Virus record (IMG/VR): IMGVR_UViG_3300031576_000144
Coordinates: 1 to 40,535 of that record
Length of the DNA: 40,535 nucleotides
Origin: a virus
Reading direction: 5' to 3' (one strand)
Part shown: positions 1-8,409 of the stretch, in pieces
How positions within the stretch are numbered: position 1 is the first letter of the stretch
Layout: each line of letters begins with the position of its first letter
Program-made: the position numbers and the translations under genes
The notes under the pieces: model-generated
The model's database searches: none
The model's input: only the letters and a program-made list of their open reading frames with translations
What the model was told of the DNA's origin: nothing

Positions 1-127
1 ACATGGCCTGAGCGTTCCCAGCCTTCGCGACCAGGCCCTTGTGGAACTCCTCTACCGCGTTCTTCGTGTTGATGAGTCCAGATTTCCCAGCCATCAGCCT
101 TCACCGTTCGCACGAACGACGAGCTCG
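1..127. repeat. Terminal direct repeat, copy 1 (identical to 40409-40535); circular-assembly overlap
   Basis: Read base by base. The string acatggcctgagcg...cgaacgacgagctcg occurs at both window ends. The repeat interrupts a gene, so the ends join. Confidence 0.95.
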
Positions 128-255
128 ACGGCGACCCTGTTCAGCAGGTCGAACTCGACCTGGTCCTTCGGGTGGAACATGGCGACGATCGTCCCGTTGC
201 CGTCGACCACTGCGATCGAGAGGCGGGTGCGCTTGATCGCCCACGGTCGGCTCAT
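94..255 (-). CDS. Small hypothetical protein (53 aa) in the neck/head-tail joining module
   Basis: Below the ORF-track cut-off. ATG 255 overlaps the stop of 252..905 (ATGA). Its TGA overlaps the ATG at 94 (= 40502) of the next gene. Translation MSRPWAIKRTRLSIAVVDGNGTIVAMFHPKDQVEFDLLNRVAVELVVRANGEG. Third codon positions are G/C-rich. Confidence 0.6.
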   Translation of the reverse strand: MSRPWAIKRTRLSIAVVDGNGTIVAMFHPKDQVEFDLLNRVAVELVVRANGEG

Positions 256-905
256 CGCTTCGGCACCACGCTTCGGACACTTCCGATTACCCGGGCGACG
301 AGGGGGGCTTTCGCCTGGTCCTGTCGGGTGTAGAACCCAGCACGCTCCTTCTGGGCCAGGCCGAAGAACTGCTTCGCGAGCTCTGCGTATGGGTTCGACG
401 CCTTCTGAGTGTTCGGGTCAGGGGAGTCCTCCATCCGGTACGTCTCGGATCGGTTCGTCGCCCAGTGGACAGCGATCTTCTGGTAGGCTTCCGCGGCGGC
501 GTACTTCAGCGAGGAGGGCTGAAGACCGTCAGGGATCAGCGTCGGGTCAGCGCCCAGTCCTAACCACTTCACGGCATGAACTAGAAACTCGTCTAATTCA
601 GTGTCGATGAACCACTGGGCGTAGTACGTCGCCTCGACCCGCGCCTCCTGAGCAGGAGCCACGGCCAGAGTAAACGCACCGGATGCTAGATCCTCGCCAG
701 AGACGACGGCCGAAACACCATTGACGAAAACCCCGGATGGGGCGGTGGGTGCAACGAAATTTGAGAGCCTTCGAAACTCGAACGTCTTAAAAGTCGTATT
801 GACCCCGTCGACGTATCCGATAACGGTCTTCATCCACCGTAGGCGGTCCTTCGTTCCATCGTTCAGGAGGGTCCGCAGTTCATCGGTAGAAGTGGTCCAG
901 CTCAC
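252..905 (-). CDS. Hypothetical structural protein (between capsid and neck genes; possible head-tail adaptor)
   Basis: 217-aa ORF with protein-like composition, overlap-coupled on both sides and located downstream of the major capsid gene. No motif recognised. Confidence 0.75.
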   Translation of the reverse strand: MSWTTSTDELRTLLNDGTKDRLRWMKTVIGYVDGVNTTFKTFEFRRLSNFVAPTAPSGVFVNGVSAVVSGEDLASGAFTLAVAPAQEARVEATYYAQWFIDTELDEFLVHAVKWLGLGADPTLIPDGLQPSSLKYAAAEAYQKIAVHWATNRSETYRMEDSPDPNTQKASNPYAELAKQFFGLAQKERAGFYTRQDQAKAPLVARVIGSVRSVVPKR

Positions 906-1402
906 GACATCTCTCCGAGCTGCTCGAGCGCCTCATCCAGGCGTGTGGCCTTAACCAGCCCCCCTTCGGAGTTCTTGTAGTCGTCCACGATGATCACGAC
1001 GTGGCGGAAGCCCTGCTTCTTGAGCGCCTTCTGCTTCTCCCGACATGCCTCTGCCTCGAGCTCAGTCGTGGGCTCGTCGACCAGGAGTGGGCCGCCCTTC
1101 GCGAATGGGAAGTACCGGCTCACGTACCACATGCGCGGACGACCGGGCCACCGATCGCGGCTCGCGAACTGGTCTGGGTACCAGTTTCGCATGTAAACAT
1201 TCGAGCCTGCCACCTGGGCCGCGAGGGTCGTGAACCGCTCGCCGGCGACCTCCTGGTGCTCGATCCTGGCCAGCGCCTTCTCCCTGCGCAGCGCGCTCTC
1301 GTCGCGCTCCTTGCTCAGCACCGGCTCTGAGTGCTTGATCGTACGCGCGGAAACCATGTTGCTCTTGGGGTCGATTCGTTCCTTCATTGATCGGATCTCC
1401 AT
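902..1402 (-). CDS. Hypothetical protein (head module)
   Basis: 166-aa ORF coupled to 252..905. An alternative start at ATG 1387 is preceded by GGAG. The start region is buried in inverted repeats. Confidence 0.7.
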   Translation of the reverse strand: MEIRSMKERIDPKSNMVSARTIKHSEPVLSKERDESALRREKALARIEHQEVAGERFTTLAAQVAGSNVYMRNWYPDQFASRDRWPGRPRMWYVSRYFPFAKGGPLLVDEPTTELEAEACREKQKALKKQGFRHVVIIVDDYKNSEGGLVKATRLDEALEQLGEMS

Positions 1403-1472
1403 CTCGATTTAAACGGACTCCCCCGGAGCAGGACTCGAGATGGAGATCTAGAGATGATCCACCCCGGGGGAG
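1394..1472 (-). promoter_or_regulatory. Interleaved inverted repeats (pseudoknot or alternative hairpins) covering the start of gene 902..1402
   Basis: 14-bp perfect inverted repeat at 1394-1407/1435-1448 and 9-bp perfect inverted repeat at 1418-1426/1464-1472, interleaved. Arm 1394-1407 contains the ATG at 1402-1400. Confidence 0.55.
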
Positions 1473-1505
1473 CTGGTCGTCAGCTTGCGCCAACGCTTGG
1501 TTGGG

Positions 1506-2732
1506 TTATGCGCTACCGTCGGACCCGCGCCAGAAGAAGCGAGGATCGATGTAGTCGGCATTCGCCCGGACGCGAACCTTCCACCGGTAGATCTCTCTTT
1601 CGAAAGACTGACCGGCGTTCGGAGCTTCCTGTTCAACCGAAGCCGTTTCACGCAGCTGCAGCACGAACGCGGGCTTCGAGGAGTCAACCAGGTACCAGGC
1701 CGAGCTCAGGAAGGGGATGATCCCGGTGTGGTCGAACATGTACCGGCTGATCACCGGCGTCAGGGTCGCGCGGATCTGGCCCGTGGTCAGCGGGTTCACC
1801 GCGAACGCACCGCCCGTCACGCCTGCGGCCTGCGCACCGACCGGGTACCAGGACGAGTTCAGCAGGATGCCGATATCGTACTCGTACTTCGGGGAGAGGA
1901 TGATCTTATCCGGCTTCACCCCCATGAAGAGCCCGAGCAGGTTCTTCTGCTGCGTGGTCGTCTGCATCCCCGTGATGATGTTCGCCTGGGTCAGAGCCCC
2001 GTAGGCCGTCGGCCGGTTGAAGCCACCTCCCACGAACGGTGCCGAGGAGGGCACGTAGGGGTAGGTCGCTTCCGTCGAGGGCTTCGTTTCCGAGGCCGGC
2101 ACCCGCATGTTCTGGTAGACGCCCGCGGCTCCGGAGAGCTTCGACATCACCAGGACTTCGAGAGCCAGCTTCGCATACTCGCCCAGGAGTCCGGCCTGCT
2201 TCTGGAACTGACCTGTCTGGTCGTCCTCGAGGAGCTCCCGCTCGCAGGGCCACATGGTCCCGTACTTGCGGTTGATGAGCTTCAGGTCCAGCCCAGCCGC
2301 CCCGGTCTCCGGGTACGGCTCCTGGCCGCCGACTTCACGCATGAAGCCGATGCCATGGAGAGGAGCGTAGAGCTCGGTGTTCAGCTTCGAGGGCACGACA
2401 TGCACCCACTCTTCGAAGCTGGTCGGCACCGTCTCGTACATCGCGTTCACGATCGTCTGAACGCCCGCGCGAAGGACCTGCGGGAAGATGCTCGAGGAGT
2501 CCGCCTCGCGGAGATTCAGCTTCTGCCGGAGCTTCTTCCAGCTGAAGTTCGACTCGCACACGGGGAACTTCTTGACGTCCGTCTTGAAGTCAAACCCGAA
2601 GCGGCGCTTGATCGCCTCGCGGAAGCCGCGAATCTCTTCGCTCCCCCAGAGACGCTCGCGGAGTACCGCGCGGTTCTGCTCCGGAGAGTTCCGGGTTCTA
2701 AGTTCGTGTTTAGGAACAGTTTCTTCTGCCAT
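1506..2732 (-). CDS. Major capsid protein (HK97-fold type)
   Basis: 408 aa with a strong SD (AAGGAGGAG) upstream. It follows the scaffold/protease-like and decoration-like genes and is followed by a structured gap. Size and position are typical of a major capsid protein. Confidence 0.7.
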   Translation of the reverse strand: MAEETVPKHELRTRNSPEQNRAVLRERLWGSEEIRGFREAIKRRFGFDFKTDVKKFPVCESNFSWKKLRQKLNLREADSSSIFPQVLRAGVQTIVNAMYETVPTSFEEWVHVVPSKLNTELYAPLHGIGFMREVGGQEPYPETGAAGLDLKLINRKYGTMWPCERELLEDDQTGQFQKQAGLLGEYAKLALEVLVMSKLSGAAGVYQNMRVPASETKPSTEATYPYVPSSAPFVGGGFNRPTAYGALTQANIITGMQTTTQQKNLLGLFMGVKPDKIILSPKYEYDIGILLNSSWYPVGAQAAGVTGGAFAVNPLTTGQIRATLTPVISRYMFDHTGIIPFLSSAWYLVDSSKPAFVLQLRETASVEQEAPNAGQSFEREIYRWKVRVRANADYIDPRFFWRGSDGSA

Positions 2733-2746
2733 TGCTCCTCCTTTCT

Positions 2747-3292
2747 TTAGAAGTAGATGACTGGGGTGGCAACGACGTTCAAGCCGTCCATCCCGAAGTT
2801 AGAGCCGATGAGGACCTCGATCTTCGTGGTCGCCGTGGCCACAACGCCGGGGCCCTGGAAGTAGCCGATCAGGAACCGGCTCGCCGTATCCGAGCTGTTC
2901 GACACGGTCTGAGCAGTATTCGTAGCCGACGCTTCGTTGAAGTAGATCTTATCCCCCGCAACGTAGGTCTCTCCAGCCGTGGCGAAGAACTCAGCTACAA
3001 CGCCGAACTGAGGGCCCGGGATGTCCGAGATACCCACCGAGGCGTCGACGGCCGTCAGACCCGTATATGGGCCCTTCAGCACTCCAAGGACTACGGTCAC
3101 CAGGGATACCCCCAGGAAGAATTCGTAGTCTGCCTTTGTGATGCTGGTCTGGATCAGACCAGTTTTCAGGACCAGGAGGTCCCCCGCGTTGAACGACACG
3201 GTGGCGTCGATGACGTTCCGCGCGCTCGGGAAGATGGAGCGAGCCATCGCCCCATTCCTCCGGATGTTGTTAATGCCTACGGTCGCTCCCAT
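2747..3292 (-). CDS. Putative head decoration / capsid accessory protein
   Basis: 181-aa beta-rich, Gly/Thr/Val-rich protein placed between the scaffold-like gene and the capsid gene, the usual position of decoration or cement proteins. Confidence 0.35.
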   Translation of the reverse strand: MGATVGINNIRRNGAMARSIFPSARNVIDATVSFNAGDLLVLKTGLIQTSITKADYEFFLGVSLVTVVLGVLKGPYTGLTAVDASVGISDIPGPQFGVVAEFFATAGETYVAGDKIYFNEASATNTAQTVSNSSDTASRFLIGYFQGPGVVATATTKIEVLIGSNFGMDGLNVVATPVIYF

Positions 3293-3328
3293 GAGGAGCC
3301 CCCTTTCAAGATGGCCCGATCGGGCCGG

Positions 3329-4852
3329 TTAATCAGATTCAGTGCAGTCGCCGAAGCCTTCGCCCACAGAGTCGCCTTCCGCTTCTCTGTGATGCTGCTC
3401 CTTCTCCGTGCCGAACGTGAAGCCGCTATCGCCTTCCGCGATGGCCGCCTTGCGTCCTTCCAGGAACAACCCGATCGCGTGATCGATCTGCTCCTTGTTC
3501 TTCGGGTCCTTGATCAGGGCCCGGATCTTCTTCGTAGCGTCGTTCGGGAGCTTGGACTCTCCGAGCTTCTGGTCGAGGTAGGTCTCCAGCTCGCTCTTCT
3601 TGCCCTTGCTCTCCAGAGCGTGGATCCGACCCGAGAGCTTGAGGATCTCGGCGTCCTTCTCGGCGAGCTGGGACTCCACGGTATTCGCCCCGGAGCTCTC
3701 CTTCTTGCCCTTGCCGAACGGAGGAGCCTGCGCTTCTTCCGTCTCCTCGGCTTCGGACTCCGACTCGCCCTCGGCCTCCTTCTTAGCCTGGGCCATCTTC
3801 TTGCCAGCCTTGACCATGGCGGCGGCGCACTTGTAGGCTTCCTCGCCCTTCACGCCTTCGGCCTGGAGCGCCTCGTACGCTTCCATAGCGGCGGTCATGT
3901 CGGCCTCACCGCTCTCGGTGTTCTCCTCGTCGCCCCCGCCCATGTGCTTCTGGAGCTCCTTCTTGATCAGCTCCTTATCCTTCTCGGCGTCGTCGTGTTC
4001 ACCGTCGTCCTCGTGGCTCTCGGACTCGCGGACCTTGCCCTTGCCGTTCTTGCCTGCTGTCTTGCCCATTGCAGATGCCTCCCTTTCGAGGATGGTCAGA
4101 AGTTTCCCGCCCGCCCCTGCCTCGGTGACCAGGTCGCAGCTCACCGCTTCGACGATCGCCGTACAGACGCGAATGGTTTCGATCCCTATTCCCGCGGCGG
4201 CATCCAGCTTGCCGATCGCGGACGCGGGAACTTGGTACTGCGACTTGAACTCCTCCACGGACATCTCGTTCGCGTCGCCGGAAGCATTGATCGAGAGCCC
4301 CACCAGGTCCTGCTCTGGGTGTCCCTTCTGGAAGGCCACGGCCGCGAGCATGAGCTGGGACGCCCAGTTGAATGCCTCACCTGGGAGGATGCAGACGTCG
4401 CCGGCGAGCTGGCCCTGCCCTTCGGAGCCCTCCTCGAAGGAGACGTTCTCGAAGTACCCCAGGATATCGCGCACGCTGCGCTCGGGCCGGGTCTGCTCCT
4501 CGTCCATGGCCGGGTGATCGGCGTAGATCTTCTTGCCCTCGAAGATCCCCGCGCACCCCTCGAGGCACTGACGCGTGTAGTAGAACCGGTCGCCCAGGTT
4601 GCCTAAGCCTTCCTGGATCAGGATGCAGCGGAAGCGGCGGCCGGCAGGGTCAAGCCCCCCGGCGGCTTCTATGAAGCGCGGGCGGATCCGCCAGGCCCCT
4701 GGAGTGGACACGCGCGCGGCTTCCTTCGGCTTCGCGCGCTGAACGGGCGCCTGGGTCGACGTGCCATCCGCCTGCTTCGCCTTCTTCTTGGGGCGACGAG
4801 GGGGGGCAGACGGGACTAGACCTGCGTCTTGGAAGATCTTAGCGAGTCCCAT
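3329..4852 (-). CDS. Putative scaffolding protein, possibly with an N-terminal prohead-protease-like domain
   Basis: 507 aa. Globular N-terminal half, then a long acidic/Lys-rich coiled-coil-like region (EEAEGESESEAEETEE...). Lies between the portal and capsid genes. Confidence 0.5.
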   Translation of the reverse strand: MGLAKIFQDAGLVPSAPPRRPKKKAKQADGTSTQAPVQRAKPKEAARVSTPGAWRIRPRFIEAAGGLDPAGRRFRCILIQEGLGNLGDRFYYTRQCLEGCAGIFEGKKIYADHPAMDEEQTRPERSVRDILGYFENVSFEEGSEGQGQLAGDVCILPGEAFNWASQLMLAAVAFQKGHPEQDLVGLSINASGDANEMSVEEFKSQYQVPASAIGKLDAAAGIGIETIRVCTAIVEAVSCDLVTEAGAGGKLLTILEREASAMGKTAGKNGKGKVRESESHEDDGEHDDAEKDKELIKKELQKHMGGGDEENTESGEADMTAAMEAYEALQAEGVKGEEAYKCAAAMVKAGKKMAQAKKEAEGESESEAEETEEAQAPPFGKGKKESSGANTVESQLAEKDAEILKLSGRIHALESKGKKSELETYLDQKLGESKLPNDATKKIRALIKDPKNKEQIDHAIGLFLEGRKAAIAEGDSGFTFGTEKEQHHREAEGDSVGEGFGDCTESD

Positions 4853-5201
4853 CTCTGACCTTGAAGTGAGTCCGCACGATGCACTTCCCGTTGCCCTGTG
4901 GGATGATCTGCGGCTTGATCTCGAGCTGGTCGAGCCGGTATCCCTGGTTGTTCGCGATCCTCTCGACGTCCTCCAGGCTCCTTGCCTTATAGCCGTCGAT
5001 GTAAAACTCCTCCCGCTGGATCAGGTCTCGAAGCCCCCTGATCTGACTGCCCCGCTCTACCGAGTCGAACAGTCTGGTCGGACTCTCTCTGTAACGCTCA
5101 GGGCGTTTCACGAATTCGTCAAACGTGGGCAGGCCGAACCGGTTCGGGTCGGCGTAGATGTCCTCGAGCGTGAGCTCCGGTTGCTGCTCAGAGCTGTCCA
5201 T
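4839..5201 (-). CDS. Hypothetical protein (head module)
   Basis: The track ORF extends to 5255. ATG 5201 (MDSSEQQPELT...) has GAAGGTG 5 nt upstream and overlaps the portal gene end by only 14 nt. Confidence 0.6.
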   Translation of the reverse strand: MDSSEQQPELTLEDIYADPNRFGLPTFDEFVKRPERYRESPTRLFDSVERGSQIRGLRDLIQREEFYIDGYKARSLEDVERIANNQGYRLDQLEIKPQIIPQGNGKCIVRTHFKVRDGTR

Positions 5202-6975
5202 CGTGCACCTTCTGGGCGACGCGGTCCTCGCCATCAAGGGTGTTCCCGTCGTCACCGCCGGCGACAGGGGGGGCAGGCACTTTCGCCAGAGTCGCGGGGC
5301 TCGAGAGCGGGTTGCTCGGAAGCCCGGCGCTCTTCGGCTTCTCGGCAGCGATATGAGCCTGCTCCTGCTTATAGTCGTAACTGGTGCGCTGAAGCTCCTT
5401 CGCCACTCCCGTCGACATGTGCTCGTGTGAGATCGCCCCGCACTCCTCGGCTAGGATCAGGTCTTGGATCTTCTTGGATCGGTCCTGACTCATGAGCTCG
5501 GGGAAGGTGATCTCGCACTCCGCATCGGGCATCCCGAATCGGTCCATGACCATGCCCCAGAGGTTCTGAAGCAGGCGCTCGACCTTCATCTGGCGCGCCT
5601 CCCACTTCTTCGTCACTGGCTCGGTGCCCACGATCGCGCTCGCCTTCGTCTGCCCCCCGGAGAGGTGCATCCCGAAGTAGGAGATCGGAACCCCGACGCC
5701 GGCAGCGATCATCGACATGCACCACTCGAACGCCAGACCATGAGCTCCCTGGCCAGCGGGGGCGGAGAGGAACTCGCGCTTGACGGCCTTCGTGTGGACG
5801 AACTCGGAGCCCGCCTCGCGGATCGTTCCGGCGGTCTGCTCATCGTTCACGTACTGATCGAGGTCCGCCTGGCTCCCTTCGATCGTCGTGTCGATCGCCC
5901 AGGCCGCCTGCTTCTGCTGACCGATGATCGAGTAGTTCACCGAGTCGCGCAGGCGCTTCAGGTACCCGAGCACCGGGAAGAGATCGGACCGGCCACGCTT
6001 CTCGTTGCTCACGGTGTTCACCTTGAGGTGGAGCATCTGAGCCGCGGGGATCTGCTGCATGATGAACTTCAGCGAGGGCACGTACTCGCCGTTCTTCTCG
6101 CCGGTGTACATCTGGTACTGGGTGGGCGCGACCCACTGGTAGTAGAGCACCCGGGTGATGTCCTCGGGGAATGTCACGATCTCCCAGATGGCCGACGGGT
6201 CCACGAGCCGCACCCGAGGGAGCAGGCCGTGCGGGATGTTCTTCGGCAGGACGTTGTAGACGATCTTCGACTGGAGGTCGGGCAGCTTCCAGAGCATCGA
6301 CTCGCCGTAGATCGCGAGCTCAATACACATCCAGTCCATCAGCTCGGCCAGGTTGTTCGCGTCCTCGAAGGCGCGCCAGATCGAGAGAGCCTTCTTGTCT
6401 TCGGAGTCGACCCGGTACCCGCGGCCCAGCACGAAGTCGCGCGTGGCGTTCACGATGAACCGGGCGATCGGGTCGTGGTGGTATGCGTGGAAGCAGGTGG
6501 CGAACTGGGCCAGCGCATCCTGCAGGTAGAGCTGCTTGAAGAATGCCCCCCCGAGAAGCGGGATGAAGTCGTGCCCGACCAGGTTCGAGGTGCCGGCACC
6601 GCCGCAGTCGAGGTCCCATCCGAAGGGATCACCCTGTTCGAGGAAGCGGAACTTGCGCTGGGTTGCCTGGCGGGTCTGCTCCAGGAACTGAGCTCGGTTC
6701 AGCCTGACGAGCCGGCGCGTCTGCTCGCGTGGGTTGACGGCCATGACTCGCGCGTCGATCTGGGTCTTCGCACTCTTCCCCTCGGCCCGCAGGGACTCGA
6801 TCAGCTCGGCCACGTTTCGAGCCGTCAGGGCGTTGCCGGGGTTCGCGCGCTTCTTCCAGTCTGAGCTGACCTCGTACTTCTTGAGATCCAGCTCTATATT
6901 CGAACCCAGGAGAGCTCGCCGGCGAGCAGCGACTAGTCGCTCTGTCGGCGATCCCTGCCCATCTGGTTCAGCCAC
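5188..6975 (-). CDS. Portal protein
   Basis: 595 aa, in the head module between the MuF-like gene and the scaffold/protease-like gene. Size and composition are portal-like (for example ...NEKRGRSDLFPVLGYLKRL...). The start is GTG. Confidence 0.75.
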   Translation of the reverse strand: MAEPDGQGSPTERLVAARRRALLGSNIELDLKKYEVSSDWKKRANPGNALTARNVAELIESLRAEGKSAKTQIDARVMAVNPREQTRRLVRLNRAQFLEQTRQATQRKFRFLEQGDPFGWDLDCGGAGTSNLVGHDFIPLLGGAFFKQLYLQDALAQFATCFHAYHHDPIARFIVNATRDFVLGRGYRVDSEDKKALSIWRAFEDANNLAELMDWMCIELAIYGESMLWKLPDLQSKIVYNVLPKNIPHGLLPRVRLVDPSAIWEIVTFPEDITRVLYYQWVAPTQYQMYTGEKNGEYVPSLKFIMQQIPAAQMLHLKVNTVSNEKRGRSDLFPVLGYLKRLRDSVNYSIIGQQKQAAWAIDTTIEGSQADLDQYVNDEQTAGTIREAGSEFVHTKAVKREFLSAPAGQGAHGLAFEWCMSMIAAGVGVPISYFGMHLSGGQTKASAIVGTEPVTKKWEARQMKVERLLQNLWGMVMDRFGMPDAECEITFPELMSQDRSKKIQDLILAEECGAISHEHMSTGVAKELQRTSYDYKQEQAHIAAEKPKSAGLPSNPLSSPATLAKVPAPPVAGGDDGNTLDGEDRVAQKVHDGQL

Positions 6976-8210
6976 TCGTCGAAGTCTCCGGGGGGTTCGC
7001 TCTGGTCATCGCTGAGCTGGTCCTTTGAGACCGGAGCAGGAACGCACCGGCAGTTGAAGTGGGCCGGTGGCACGATAGCGTCGCATTCATCTCCGGCATG
7101 GTCAGCTTCGAGTTCAGCCTCGATCTCCGAAGTGGTCAACCCGTCTCGCCATACGCAACATTCATCGGTCCGGTCGTCGAGGATGGCGACCCACACGAAC
7201 TCGTCGATGCCGTTATCGTTGGCCGCCTGCACCTGGCCTGATCGGACGCGGTTCACAAAGTCTTGAGTCATCTGCTGCTCGAGCTCCCAGCCGTACATCT
7301 CCTCGAGCTCGGGGTCGCCCACGTCGACATCGAACACGTTCTTCGCGCTCCGATCGATGGGGATGTGCTTCGTCTTATAGTCGGCGACCAGGTCCCCCCA
7401 GGTCTCCTCGTCCACGAACCCCGTAGCGAAGGTCCGAGAGCCCAGCTTCGCCACCTGGGTGATCTCGACACCATCCTCCTCGTCGTCCTCCGGATCCCAT
7501 GGGGATCGCGCTTCTGTCACCCGCTTGAGGGTTCGGCCCTTGCTGGGTAGCGGTCGGGTGCTTGGGAACTTCTTCGAGATGCGCTTGAGGCAGTCAGCCA
7601 TGGGGGAGTTCATCGCGCGTGAGAGCTCCACGGCGTTCATGATCTCCCGGCGCATCCGGTTGAAGGCGAGCGCGATCCGGTCCGGGAGTGATTCTCCTCC
7701 ATCGAGAGCAGGGACTTGATCAAGATCGATCTGCTCCAGTTTCGCAGGCCGCCCCAGCGCGCGGCCGATCGCCTCCACCTCCCCCGCGTAGGCGAGGAGC
7801 TGGGACTTCTGCCCGAGGTCTACCCACACCCCCAGGATCTGCCCCCCGGAGTGGGTGAAGACCCGCTCGATCTGAGCCTCGATATCGTGGAGGATCCGCT
7901 TGCTATGCAGGACAAAAGCTGTTCCTGCGGAGAGGTGGCTGTACCGCAGATGCACGATCTCGAGCACCCGGATCAGGGCGTGCCGGAGGATCTCCGAGCT
8001 CCGCTTCTGAGCCACCCTGAGCAGATGCTCAAGCGCCTGGTCCCGCTGGTGAATGAAGTTGCGGTAGCGTTTTGACTGATTCAGCGCCATGCCGCGGGGG
8101 GGCTTGAAACCCTCACGGACCAGCCCGATACTTGAACTGTCATCGGGTATCCTTCCATGAGCGCCCCGGGGGCGAGTGCCTCCGGGGTTTTTACTTGTAG
8201 CCGACGCCAC
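6933..8210 (-). CDS. Minor head protein, Mu F / SPP1 gp7-like head morphogenesis protein
   Basis: The C-terminal motif ILDDRTDECCVWRDG...VPPAHFNCRCVP matches the Mu F-family signature (DxRT...PPxHxNCRC). The GTG start at 8210 is uncertain. ATG 8090 (MALNQSKRY...) is an alternative. Confidence 0.75.
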   Translation of the reverse strand: MASATSKNPGGTRPRGAHGRIPDDSSSIGLVREGFKPPRGMALNQSKRYRNFIHQRDQALEHLLRVAQKRSSEILRHALIRVLEIVHLRYSHLSAGTAFVLHSKRILHDIEAQIERVFTHSGGQILGVWVDLGQKSQLLAYAGEVEAIGRALGRPAKLEQIDLDQVPALDGGESLPDRIALAFNRMRREIMNAVELSRAMNSPMADCLKRISKKFPSTRPLPSKGRTLKRVTEARSPWDPEDDEEDGVEITQVAKLGSRTFATGFVDEETWGDLVADYKTKHIPIDRSAKNVFDVDVGDPELEEMYGWELEQQMTQDFVNRVRSGQVQAANDNGIDEFVWVAILDDRTDECCVWRDGLTTSEIEAELEADHAGDECDAIVPPAHFNCRCVPAPVSKDQLSDDQSEPPGDFDEWLNQMGRDRRQSD

Positions 8211-8409
8211 TCGCGCGATCCTTCCGCACTTGACCGATCATCTCCATCGCCTCGTTCACGGTCCATATCGAGACCTTGCCCTTGCCGTTGATCGCTTCAT
8301 TGCAGACGATGAGCACTCCTCGCTTGGCCTTCTTGTACATAACGAAGATCGGCAGAGTGAAGATGGTCGAACCCAGTAGGAATGATGCGATACATGCAAC
8401 CAGGGTCAC
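8191..8409 (-). CDS. Small membrane protein (72 aa)
   Basis: GTG start overlaps the stop of the fibre-like gene (GTGA). N-terminal hydrophobic helix LVACIASFLLGSTIFTLPIFVMY followed by a basic patch. Confidence 0.6.
   Translation of the reverse strand: MTLVACIASFLLGSTIFTLPIFVMYKKAKRGVLIVCNEAINGKGKVSIWTVNEAMEMIGQVRKDRASGVGYK

Noticed and set aside
1485-2750. Long plus-strand ORFs antisense to minus-strand genes (for example 1485..2750, 2732..4606, 5464..6864, 11330..12352, 13048..13824, 16998..18014, 22439..23947, 30798..31373, 31395..32396)
   Set aside because: These are shadow ORFs typical of GC-rich DNA. Their translations are Arg/Pro/Gly/Leu/His-rich low-complexity strings. They lie exactly opposite genes with clear motifs and good third-position bias, and they lack SD sequences.
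3313-3326. Perfect palindrome GGCCCGATCGGGCC between the scaffold-like and decoration-like genes as a terminator
   Set aside because: It is a short stem with no U-tract on the coding strand, inside a tightly packed operon. It is more likely an mRNA hairpin of minor consequence.
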